A stretch of DNA of 64,000 nt from Bifidobacteriaceae bacterium (GTDB lineage Bacteria; Actinomycetota; Actinomycetes; Actinomycetales; WQXJ01): contig JAITFE010000035.1 in assembly GCA_031281585.1 (NCBI GenBank), forward strand, positions 7,183 to 71,182, given 5' to 3'. This document shows positions 18,917 through 30,157 of the stretch, one piece after another. Positions within the stretch are counted from its first letter, which is position 1; each line of letters starts with the position of its first letter. The notes beneath the pieces are model-generated. The model ran no database searches. It was not told where the DNA came from and saw nothing but the letters and a program-made list of their open reading frames with translations. The translations under genes were made by a program, and so were the position numbers.

Positions 18917-19473
18917 CGCATGCGCTCCATGAGATTGACTTTGACCTTCTGCCGCTCTATGGCACCACACTCAAGGCCGCGCTTCGGAAGCTCCCTCCTG
19001 CGAAACCGGCCCTGACCCCCGTGCCGATCAAGCCCATAGGGCTGACGCCCGCCCCAATAGACCCTTGGGACAGCGGTACCCGCCCGGCAAGTCCTCGCGC
19101 AGAACCGCGCGTGGAGTCCGAGCGCATTCGCATCACGTCGTCATATCTCATCAACAGTTCCGGCGCGACCCAATCTCCCCAAAGCCACGAGTTCGTCGCA
19201 GTACCACCGGTCGCGACACCGTTCGCTGACACGTCCTGCCTGATCGTGAGCGGCCACATAACCTGGATGGCCGCCACCTTTTCGCGGAAGCGGCCCAAGC
19301 AGCCTGTTGCCAAGTGGAGTCAATCTCTCCGGGCAACGCCCAATACTCTCAGGGCCATCCACAGGCATCCGTGCAGGCGGAATCGCGATAGCGCGGTGAA
19401 AAGGGGATTGTGCTATCGACTCGGCGAATCAACGGTCCCAACCAACCAAACAGGCGCCCGAGACATCACAGTG

Positions 19474-19546
19474 CGCGCCTGAAGGGATTCGAACCCCCAA
19501 CCTTCTGATCCGTAGTCAGATGCTCTATCCGTTGAGCTACAGGCGC
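19474..19546 (-). tRNA. tRNA-Arg (anticodon ACG)
   Basis: The reverse complement GCGCCTGTAGCTCAACGGATAGAGCATCTGACTACGGATCAGAAGGTTGGGGGTTCGAATCCCTTCAGGCGCG folds as a cloverleaf. The acceptor is GCGCCTG/CAGGCGC, the anticodon stem TCTGA/TCAGA, the loop CTACGGA and the T-loop TTCGAAT. CCA is not encoded. Confidence 0.92.
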
Positions 19547-19735
19547 ATTTGGCCCTTCGGGGGGAAGGGCCGAGGGGACAGTCTACCTGGCGCCTTGACC
19601 ACGGGCAAACGGACGGCGGGCGGCACCCGTGCCAATGCGCGTGACGGGGACGACATCCACCGGACCCTCGAGGTCGGCGAAATCGTCTGGATTGGTTGTG
19701 TCCAGGGGCAGACCGCGCACCCCGGCGGCCAGAGA

Positions 19736-20752
19736 TCAAAGGTCGGTCGGGTCGATCGGGAAGGCGTCCGCGTCCAGGACCTCGCCGCCCACCGTGTGGT
19801 GGATGACGCGGGCCAGGGAAGCCAGCAGGTTCGCCATCTGGGACCGGGTGCGGCAGTGGTCGGCGGGCGGGAACTCCATCAACAAGTGCTTTGGTTCGTC
19901 CGGGATCCAGCGGACGGTGTAGGCGACGGCGCCCTCGGCGGCCCAGGCGACCCCCCGCAGCGCCAGCGGCGGCGGGTCAACGCCCGCGATCTCGATCACC
20001 AGGCCGCCAGCCGGGCCGAGGTCCGCCGCGAGGGCGTACCGGTCCAGGCTGGGCGGCTCCGCCAACGCGGCCTGGTCGCGTCGGTCGGCGCGTTCGTGCA
20101 ATTCGGCGCGGCGGGAAGCGGACAATTCGCCCGCCCCCCCGGCCGTAGAGGGTTCAGACCAGTCGTCGTAGGAGTCGCCGGATTCGGCGGGAGGCGCCAC
20201 GGGCGCGAAGTCGTGCCAGTTGATCGCCAGGTCGAACAACGGAACAACCGAGCGGGCGGTGGCCAAGGCGGCATCGGGCTCCAGCCAGAGCGGCGAGAAG
20301 ACCGTCAAATCGAGGGCGCCGTCCGGCACGGGCGCCACCATCAGACCGGAGTCGTGGAAGCGGACCACGCCGCCCAGTCGGCGGGCGACGGCGACCAGGA
20401 ACTCGACCACCCGCCGCTCCTCGCGCACGGGGAGCCCGCCGGGGAAGGCGCGGGAGATGCCCGTGGGGTCAAGCGAGCCGGGGAAGGGCCGGTCGCCGCG
20501 CTCTGTCAGGGTTGTGGCCATCCAGGCCTGGTTGAGGCCCCGAGGCAGGCCCAGCGACGGCGCCAGGCCGGCGCCAACCGTGTACGGGCCGAACAGCGAC
20601 GAATACCTCGACAAGGTGATTTCCCCCATCGCCTGTTCCACCGCCCGCCAGCGGGTCGCGGCCAAGATGGCGATCTCGCTGGCGTTGATGTCCGGCGCCA
20701 AGACCAGCAGGTGGTGGGTCTGGGCGAGGGCGCTGGTCAGGTTCTGGGGCAT
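19736..20752 (-). CDS. Hypothetical protein (no recognisable motif)
   Basis: A 338-aa ORF with coding-like composition, located 8 nt downstream of dcd on the same strand. I recognise no family. Confidence 0.55.
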   Translation of the reverse strand: MPQNLTSALAQTHHLLVLAPDINASEIAILAATRWRAVEQAMGEITLSRYSSLFGPYTVGAGLAPSLGLPRGLNQAWMATTLTERGDRPFPGSLDPTGISRAFPGGLPVREERRVVEFLVAVARRLGGVVRFHDSGLMVAPVPDGALDLTVFSPLWLEPDAALATARSVVPLFDLAINWHDFAPVAPPAESGDSYDDWSEPSTAGGAGELSASRRAELHERADRRDQAALAEPPSLDRYALAADLGPAGGLVIEIAGVDPPPLALRGVAWAAEGAVAYTVRWIPDEPKHLLMEFPPADHCRTRSQMANLLASLARVIHHTVGGEVLDADAFPIDPTDL

Positions 20753-20759
20753 GGTCGGC

Positions 20760-21335
20760 TCAGATGGCGGTCCGGTGGAAGTTCAAATGCGAACGGGACG
20801 GTGTTGGCCCCCGCTGCCCCTGGTAGCGCGATCCGGTCGCGCCCGAACCGTAGGGGTGCAGCGCCGGGCTGGACAATTCGAAAAAGCACATTTGCCCAAT
20901 CTTCATGCCCGGCCAGAGCTTTATCGGCAGGGTCGACACGTTCGACAACTCCAAAGTGACATGTCCCTGGAAGCCGGGGTCGATGAACCCGGCGGTCGAA
21001 TGCGTCAGCAAACCGAGACGCCCCAGCGAGCTTTTCCCCTCCAGCCGCGCGGCGACCCGGTCCGCCAAACGCACCTGTTCGTAGGTCGAGCCGAGCACGA
21101 ATTCGCCGGGATGCAAGATGAACGGCTCGTTGGGGGGCACGTCGAATGAGCGCGTCAGTTCGGGTTGCTCCTCCGCCGGGTCGATCACGGCGCAGCGGTG
21201 ATTGTCGAACAGGAGGAAGTACCGGTCGAGGCGCACATCGATGGAGCTCGGCTGGATCATCGCCGCGTCGAACGGATCCAGGCTGATTTGCCCGGATTCG
21301 ATTTGGGCCGCGATGTCGCGGTCGGAAAGCAGCAC
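20760..21335 (-). CDS. dcd: dCTP deaminase
   Basis: (M)LLSDRDI...PSSIDVRLD...GFIDPGF.G..TLE pattern over 191 aa. The start is GTG. Confidence 0.93.
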   Translation of the reverse strand: MLLSDRDIAAQIESGQISLDPFDAAMIQPSSIDVRLDRYFLLFDNHRCAVIDPAEEQPELTRSFDVPPNEPFILHPGEFVLGSTYEQVRLADRVAARLEGKSSLGRLGLLTHSTAGFIDPGFQGHVTLELSNVSTLPIKLWPGMKIGQMCFFELSSPALHPYGSGATGSRYQGQRGPTPSRSHLNFHRTAI

Positions 21336-21697
21336 CCCCCAATCCTAACGGGCCGGACCAGCCTGTCGGGTGAGGGGTCCGCCGCCGCGCCCGATGCCGT
21401 CCGCCCGCCCCCCAGCCTCATCCCCGCCGCGCTGGGCGTGCGGGGGCGACCAGGCCACCCGGTCCGGGACGCGCCGCGAATTGAGCGGCCGGCCGCTTGG
21501 CGAAATAGTGAAATAACGCCACATCGATTTATCGAAATATCCGCATATCGCAATTGGGGCGGAATTAGGCTAGCCAAACCTCTGCTTATGAAAATGGCGT
21601 CATCCGCAGGCCGCGCTTGCATTGCGGGAGAAATCGTTGTATCACTTAATCAAACGCCAATATCAAAGCCAACAAGCAATTGGAAAAGGAGCGAACC

Positions 21698-22000
21698 ATG
21701 ATGACGCTTGATGAACTGTCGAAGGTTTCGGAATGCTCGGTCGCGGGCTGCGCCTACAACGAGGCGGACGCCTGCCACGCTGGCGCGGTCACCATAGCTG
21801 GCCCGCAGGGCGAGGCGGGCTGCGCCACCTTCATCCCGCTGACCATTAAGGGCGGCTTCGGCGACGCGGTCGCCGCGGTGGGCGCCTGCCAGCACTTCGA
21901 GTGCACCTACAACAGCGAACTCGAATGCGGCGCCCCGGCCATCCAGGTCGGCCTGCGCGGCGCGGCCAGCGCCGACTGCCTGACCTACGCGGCCGCCTGA
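21698..22000 (+). CDS. DUF1540 Cys-rich small protein
   Basis: Two repeats of C-x2-C...C/H motifs are present (CSVAGCAYN..ACHAG; CQHFECTYN..ECGAP). The ATG at 21698 follows AAGGAG. Confidence 0.75.
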   Translation: MMTLDELSKVSECSVAGCAYNEADACHAGAVTIAGPQGEAGCATFIPLTIKGGFGDAVAAVGACQHFECTYNSELECGAPAIQVGLRGAASADCLTYAAA

Positions 22001-22010
22001 CGAACGGAAA

Positions 22011-22064
22011 AGAAATGGGGACGGTGCCTATTTCGCTCGCGAAATAGGCACCGTCCCCATTTCT
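22011..22064. terminator. REP-like palindrome copy 2, probable bidirectional terminator
   Basis: AGAAATGGGGACGGTGCCTATTTCGC / GCGAAATAGGCACCGTCCCCATTTCT is a near-perfect 25-26 bp inverted repeat. It sits between convergent stops at 22000 and 22066. Confidence 0.6.
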
Positions 22065-22065
22065 G

Positions 22066-23739
<1,674 letters not shown>

Positions 23740-23965
23740 TGCGGGGTTGCCTCCTTAGAAAGCAAAAGATGTGTGTGTTCGTCAAACCGTTGTTGAGCGC
23801 CGCCGCCAAAGTGACCAAGAACCGTTCGGGGGTGCTCCGGTGAACCCAGATGCACGGCATCGGACAAAGTGCGTAGGTGCCTTGAAGGCCCGTGCGTAAC
23901 CCCTTGATGGTAACAAGACGGGTTGCGCACGGGCCTTGTCCCGAAGGACCGCTGCGGCGTTCGGG

Positions 23966-25255
<1,290 letters not shown>

Positions 25256-25371
25256 GTGGTCTGCCTCTCCATTGAAGGTGTTTGCGCGGCTCCGAGCCTT
25301 TCTGCGGTGCCGCTTTTATTTGACCTTAAGATATTTCCCGGCTTGGCGCCAGCTCACCTTGGTGAAAAATG

Positions 25372-25398
25372 GCGGAAATTTCCAGCTCGCGGAAATTT
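25372..25398. promoter_or_regulatory. Candidate operator in the icl/regulator divergent region
   Basis: GCGGAAATTT occurs twice 17 nt apart (25372 and 25389). The first copy forms the 10-bp palindrome GGAAATTTCC (25374-25383). Confidence 0.3.
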
Positions 25399-25418
25399 GA
25401 GCGTAGTACCATTGGGGC

Positions 25419-26954
25419 ATGCGTGATGCCGTCGCCAAGGCCGCCGTTTCCCCGTCCGCTGCGCCGGGCTCGGGCGGCCAGCCGGTCCCCATCCAACCCC
25501 CGCCCAAGGCGCTGCGCATGCCCAGGGACGGGATCGACCCCTTGGTGATTGGGCGGCGGATCAGATTCTTCCGGCTCCAAAAGGGGCTCAAACTGGAGGA
25601 ACTGGCGGCGGTGGCGGGGCGGGCGGCATCGGGCATATCGGCGATCGAAAACGGGCTGCGGAGCCCCACGCTGGCGCAAATCGGGGCGATCGCGGCCGCG
25701 TTGGGGGTGGCCCCACGGGCCCTGTTCGACCCGAGCCCGCCCACCGAAAGGGACGCCCTCGAAATCGAATGGGAGCGGGTGCAGCGGGACCCGGCCTACG
25801 CGGCGCGCGGGCTGCCCAGGGTGAAGGTGACCCGGACGACCTCGCCGGAGGTGCTGGAGGCGCTGGTCGGATTGTCCCGCGAGCTTTACCGCGTGCGGGA
25901 GGAAAGGGTGGCCACGCCGGAGGAGGCGCGGCGCGCGAACGCCGCCTTGCGCTTGGAGATGCGGGAACAGGACGACTACTTCCCGGAGCTCGAACGGGCC
26001 GCCGCCCGGCTGCTGGACCTGGCCGGGCATGAGCCGGGCGAGCCGATGAACCAGGCCGACCTGGCCACTTTGACCGGCAAGCTGGGGTTCGAACTGCGGT
26101 TCGTGGACGATCTGCCGCAGACCACGCGGTCCGTGCTGGACACCAAGCGCCACCGGCTCTACCTGCCCCGGCAAGCGGAGGCGGTCACCGGCGACCACCG
26201 GTCTACGGTGCTGCAGGCGCTCGCCTCGCATGTGCTGGGGCACGGTGAACCGGAGGACTACATGGCGTTCCTGCGCCAGCGCGTGGAGGCGAACTACCTG
26301 GCGGGGGCGGTCTTGATGCCGGAAAGCGCGGCGGTGCTGGCGCTGGGGAGCGCCAAGGCGCGCCGTGCGCTGGGAATCGAGGAGTTCCGGGACGCGTTCA
26401 CCGTCTCCTATGAGATGGCCGCCCACCGGTTCGTCAACCTGTCGACCCGGCACCTGGGGATCCGGGTGCACTTCGCCAAGGTCCACTCCTCCGGGGTGAT
26501 CCACAAGTCCTATGAGAACGACGGGTCGCTGTTCCCGACCGACCCCCTAGGGGCCATCGAAGGCCAGTTCATGTGCCGCTACTGGGCGGGCAGGACCGTG
26601 TTCGAGGCGTCCCGGCCGCGAGATCGTTACTGCCAATACACCGACACCCCGCGCGGGACGTTCTGGGCCACCGCCCACTTGAAGCAAACGCGGGACGGGA
26701 TCTTCTCGGTCTCAGTTGGGTGCCGCCTTGAGGACGCCAAATGGTTCGCGGGCGCGGACACGCGCGTCCGCATGCGCTCCGACTGCCCCGACCCGTCCTG
26801 CTGCGCCACGCCCCCCGCTGACCTGGCCGAAGAGTGGGAAGGCTGGGCCTGGCCGGCGGCGCGCCCGCACTCCTCGGTGCTGGCGGCCATGCCCACCGGG
26901 GCGTTCCCGGGCGTGGACCTGACGGACGTGTACGAGTTCCTAGAACGCCAATGA
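25419..26954 (+). CDS. XRE-family HTH regulator with C-terminal ImmA/IrrE-like plus ScfR-type domain (RamB-like)
   Basis: The HTH is IGRRIRFFRLQKGLKLEELAAVAGRAASGISAIENGLRSPTLAQI. The long C-terminal domain and divergent position from icl match RamB-type regulators. An alternative ATG lies at 25518. Confidence 0.8.
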   Translation: MRDAVAKAAVSPSAAPGSGGQPVPIQPPPKALRMPRDGIDPLVIGRRIRFFRLQKGLKLEELAAVAGRAASGISAIENGLRSPTLAQIGAIAAALGVAPRALFDPSPPTERDALEIEWERVQRDPAYAARGLPRVKVTRTTSPEVLEALVGLSRELYRVREERVATPEEARRANAALRLEMREQDDYFPELERAAARLLDLAGHEPGEPMNQADLATLTGKLGFELRFVDDLPQTTRSVLDTKRHRLYLPRQAEAVTGDHRSTVLQALASHVLGHGEPEDYMAFLRQRVEANYLAGAVLMPESAAVLALGSAKARRALGIEEFRDAFTVSYEMAAHRFVNLSTRHLGIRVHFAKVHSSGVIHKSYENDGSLFPTDPLGAIEGQFMCRYWAGRTVFEASRPRDRYCQYTDTPRGTFWATAHLKQTRDGIFSVSVGCRLEDAKWFAGADTRVRMRSDCPDPSCCATPPADLAEEWEGWAWPAARPHSSVLAAMPTGAFPGVDLTDVYEFLERQ

Positions 26955-27086
26955 CGCACGGGGCCGGCGGGCCGAGACGGGACCCTCCCGCCTTTCACCA
27001 GGCGCCGTCCCTATCTGGCGCAGGCCACATCATCTGCCCACATGGGCGCCGTTTCCAACAAGGCCAGCGGCGAGTTTGACCCAAGA

Positions 27087-27440
27087 CACGATCCTGATCC
27101 GGTGGTGGATCACGAAGAGCTCGGAGGCTGTATTTGGGGCTTGAAGACCGGCCGTTGAGGCGCCAAGTGCAACTGAAATCACGATCGTGATCCGGTGGTG
27201 GATCACGAAGGGCTCGAAGGTTGCATTTGGGGCTTGGAGACGGGCCGTTGGGGGGCCAAGTGCAACTGAAATCACGATCGTGATCCGGTGGTGGATCACG
27301 AAGGGCTCGGGGGTTGCATTTGGGGCCTGAAGCGCGCCCGTTGAGGGGCCAAGTGCAACTCCAATCACGATCCTGATCCGCAGGTGGATCACGAAGAGCT
27401 CGGAGGTTGCATTTGGGGCCTGGACCGGGCCCGGACGGGG
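27087..27440. repeat. 93-bp tandem repeat, about 3.8 copies, internally structured
   Basis: Unit starts are at 27087, 27180, 27273 and 27366, an exact 93-nt period. Each unit has a 14-nt palindrome (ATCACGATCGTGAT), hairpin GTGATCC-ggtggt-GGATCAC and hairpin GTTGCATTTGG...CCAAGTGCAAC with a variable loop. There are 3 GATC sites per unit. Confidence 0.9.
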
Positions 27441-27470
27441 TGGATGGCGGGTCGGCGGCTTGCCGCCCGC

Positions 27471-28400
27471 CTACGCGGCTAGCGCGTGGTACGCGGGGAT
27501 GATCGTCTCCACCAGGGCCTCGACCGCCGCGAGCGAAGCCTGGTCTGACTGGCCGGGGATGATCGACAGGTCAACTATGCCCGCGCGTTCGTAGGCGGCG
27601 AAGAGTTCCGCGAGCTCTTGGGGCGATCCGACCGCCTCATAACCGCCGTAGGGGCCGTCAACCACGCCGGTCGGCCCGGAGCCAGAACCCGCAGAACCAG
27701 CAGAACCAACAGAACCCGCCAGCCGCAGCGGCATTCTCAACGCCAGCCCCTTGCCGCCCCGTGCGTACCAATCGGCCGCCGCCGCCTCGATCTGGTCGAC
27801 CGGCTTCAACTGGAGTTGCACCGGCCAGCCCCGGCGGAGCGCCTGCCTGGTGGTGGCGGGTCCTCCCGCCAGCCACAACTCCGGCGCCACCCCGTTGTGG
27901 GGAACGGGCGAAAGCCGGCCCCAGTCCGGATAGGTCGCCACCTCGGAGGAGTGCGCCCTTCCGGCGAAGGCGGCCTCAAGCGCGTCCAGCGAGGCGGCGA
28001 GCCGCCGCCCCCGCCGGTTGTAGTCCAGCCCCAGGAAAGCGAATTCGCGTTCCCACATGCCGGGCGTCAACGCCAAGACGAAGTTGCCCTCCGTCAGCTG
28101 GTCCAACGTGGCCGCCTGTTTGGCCAGCCAAGTCACGTCCCGCAGGGGCAGCACAGAGGCGCACACACCGACCCGCGCGCCGGGATGGCGCCCGGCCAGC
28201 AAAGCCAGCCAAGTGATCGGCTCCATCCCGCCGGACCAGGGCTTGAACTCCTCGACGTAAAGCAGGCCCTCGCCCAGCCAGAAGCTGTCGATCCCGCCCG
28301 CGAACGCCGCGTCCGCGACGGCCAGCATCCCGGCGCGGGTGGAGGCGAAAGGCGAGATGCCGATCCGCATCCGCCCTCCGCCCGCCACCGGCGGGCTCAT
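27471..28400 (-). CDS. Luciferase-like (LLM class) flavin/F420-dependent oxidoreductase
   Basis: MRIGISPF...GIDSFWLGEG...LPLRDVTWLAKQAATLDQLT pattern. An ATGA overlap with the upstream gene lies at 28397-28400. It is a paralog of 40179..41060. Confidence 0.78.
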   Translation of the reverse strand: MSPPVAGGGRMRIGISPFASTRAGMLAVADAAFAGGIDSFWLGEGLLYVEEFKPWSGGMEPITWLALLAGRHPGARVGVCASVLPLRDVTWLAKQAATLDQLTEGNFVLALTPGMWEREFAFLGLDYNRRGRRLAASLDALEAAFAGRAHSSEVATYPDWGRLSPVPHNGVAPELWLAGGPATTRQALRRGWPVQLQLKPVDQIEAAAADWYARGGKGLALRMPLRLAGSVGSAGSAGSGSGPTGVVDGPYGGYEAVGSPQELAELFAAYERAGIVDLSIIPGQSDQASLAAVEALVETIIPAYHALAA

Positions 28401-28987
28401 CGCGGCACCGCGTGAAGGGCGTGCCGCTCCGGGATCGCGGAGCGAAGCCCCAGGCCGGTGGCCACGCGGTTGGTGTAGGCGTAATAGGCGACCAGGTTGT
28501 TCAGGGCGACAATGTCCGCATCGCCCAGTCCAACAGCGCGCAGGCCCTGGATGTCGGCCTCGGTGACGGCGCCGGGCGTGGCGGCCAGCAATCCGGTGTA
28601 CCGGATGACGGCGTCCAGGCGGGAATCCCCGGTTTGCGGATCCAACGGCGTGGCGGCCGCGCGCGAAACCAAGTCCGAGTCGGCGTCAAGCTGCTCCAAG
28701 GCGAGCCGGGCGCCGGAGGCGCAATGCGGGGTGGCGTTGACCACCGACGTCACGTACACCACCAGCTTCTGCTCCAACGCGGTCAAACCGCCCAGCGAGC
28801 CTTCCACCACCTTGTACAGCCGCAGCCGTTCCAGCACCAGTTCCGGGTGCAGCGAGCCAAGCTGGGTGTATTCGGTCGGTTCGCCCAGGCGCGCCGCCTG
28901 CCAGTCGTAAGCCTCTTTCAGCGTGCCCGTGGCGTCCTCGGGGGCGATGGTCTTGACCCATGCCACCGGCCGAATTGCCGCGCTCAC
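28397..28987 (-). CDS. Carboxymuconolactone decarboxylase (AhpD-like) family protein
   Basis: The 196-aa protein has the peroxidase-related CMD pattern (LEQKLVVYVTSVVNATPHCASGA ... DADIVALNNLVAYYAYTNRV). Confidence 0.72.
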   Translation of the reverse strand: MSAAIRPVAWVKTIAPEDATGTLKEAYDWQAARLGEPTEYTQLGSLHPELVLERLRLYKVVEGSLGGLTALEQKLVVYVTSVVNATPHCASGARLALEQLDADSDLVSRAAATPLDPQTGDSRLDAVIRYTGLLAATPGAVTEADIQGLRAVGLGDADIVALNNLVAYYAYTNRVATGLGLRSAIPERHALHAVPR

Positions 28988-30135
28988 AGCTTCAACTCCG
29001 GGTCGATGAACTCGTTGGTGGCGAAGTCGCCCACCTTCAGGTCCTGGCTGACCTCAATGCCGTCTGCGGCCACCGCGTCGCGGTAGGTGTCGATGAACTC
29101 CGCGAACGTGTCCAGCGGCAGCGACCCGTAGGCGCCGTCCGGCCCGTTGGCGATCAACCTCTCTTCGACCAGGGTCTTGGCCGCCCAGTCGAGCAGCCCG
29201 TCGCTGAGTTCCCAGCCCGAGCCGGTGAACCCGGCGGCCGTCTCCTCGAGCGCCTTGTTGCCGGCGGACGGGTCCTTGGCGTAGTCGATCCCGGCTTGCT
29301 GGAAGATCGGCACCAGCCCCGCGAGGCATTCGCGGTTGTCCTCCAACCGGTCCGAGCGGATCGACAGCTGGTGGTACAAAGCCGGGTATTCCTCGCCCAC
29401 GTTGATCCACTTCAGCGGCTTGTTCCACTCCGGCAGGTCGTTCTGATATTGGTAGATCTCGGAAGTCAGATAGCCCTGTTGGACCACGTTGCCCTCCTCG
29501 ATGACGAACCGCGCCGGGTCGCCGCTGTACGAGTTGTCGATTTGCGCCTGATCCAACAGGCCCTCCGCCAACAGCACCTTCAGGTACGGCGCCGATTCGA
29601 CGGTCAGGACGGTCACCCCGGCCTCTTTGATGTCCGTCAAGTTGTCGAAGTCCCAGTCTTGGTTGCCCCAATAGAGGACCAGCGGCACGCGCTGCAACGG
29701 CGTGAACACGGCGACGGTTGGGAACTCTTTGGCGTTCTCAATGGACTGTTCGGTCGAGGTCACCCCCAGCAGCACCGAATCGTCCTTGTAGAGGAGGGAG
29801 GTGGTGGATTGGAACCCGACTGCCGCCCCGCCGGAGTGGACGGCCAGGTTCACCCCCGTTTCGCCCAACGGGCCGGAGTAGGTGAAGGTGTTCGCGTCCA
29901 CGTCGCCACCGGGCCCGATCAGGTGGAACAGGAAGCCGTAGTCGGCTTGCGGCCACCAGTCGATTTGCACGTCGACCGTGTCGGGGCACACGCCCTTCAA
30001 GTCGGTCGCGTAAACGCCCGCGGAGGGCCCATCGGCCGAAGCGCCGACTGCGGGCGGTGGTTCCTTCTCCGCCGAGCAAGCGGTCAGCGTCAACGCCGCG
30101 ATCAGGAGGGGCGCGGCCAGAGCGGCCTTGGACAT
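28984..30135 (-). CDS. ABC transporter substrate-binding lipoprotein (NMT1/THI5-like, NitT/TauT family)
   Basis: It has a signal peptide with the lipobox LTLTAC. It sits in an operon with a matching permease and ATPase. Confidence 0.78.
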   Translation of the reverse strand: MSKAALAAPLLIAALTLTACSAEKEPPPAVGASADGPSAGVYATDLKGVCPDTVDVQIDWWPQADYGFLFHLIGPGGDVDANTFTYSGPLGETGVNLAVHSGGAAVGFQSTTSLLYKDDSVLLGVTSTEQSIENAKEFPTVAVFTPLQRVPLVLYWGNQDWDFDNLTDIKEAGVTVLTVESAPYLKVLLAEGLLDQAQIDNSYSGDPARFVIEEGNVVQQGYLTSEIYQYQNDLPEWNKPLKWINVGEEYPALYHQLSIRSDRLEDNRECLAGLVPIFQQAGIDYAKDPSAGNKALEETAAGFTGSGWELSDGLLDWAAKTLVEERLIANGPDGAYGSLPLDTFAEFIDTYRDAVAADGIEVSQDLKVGDFATNEFIDPELKL

Positions 30136-30157
30136 GATGTTCTCCTTTGCCTATTGG

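Larger units (their letters stand above)
10408..19473. mobile_element. Putative genomic island abutting the 3' end of tRNA-Arg (no intact integrase seen)
   Basis: The content is accessory (TA pair, truncated MFS, pentapeptide protein, hydrolase, giant NTPase). The composition looks AT-richer than the flanks by eye. The right end abuts the tRNA 3' end. The left border is not defined and no direct repeat was found. Confidence 0.4.

Noticed and set aside
19134-19260. Frameshifted tyrosine-integrase C-terminal remnant next to tRNA-Arg.
   Set aside because: The similarity is by eye only (HD...LG...RY). The H-x-x-R spacing is not met and identity is very low. It is reported only as a low-interest item to check.
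18787-19482. A 231-aa plus-strand ORF overlapping the tRNA 3' end.
   Set aside because: It has no motifs and low-complexity composition, and it runs into the tRNA gene. It is likely non-coding.
27030-27392. A 120-aa minus-strand ORF running through the 93-bp repeats, giving the 31-aa repeat FVIHHRITIVISVALG...
   Set aside because: The period is a multiple of 3, so any stop-free frame of one unit yields a long ORF. Its composition (Ile/His/Val-rich, with many A/T-ending codons) is unlike the genuine genes here. I treat it as a by-product of the repeat, although a small repeat protein cannot be excluded without expression data.
27087-27440. Possible CRISPR array.
   Set aside because: The units are contiguous with no unique spacers, the unit length is 93 nt, and no cas genes are nearby.
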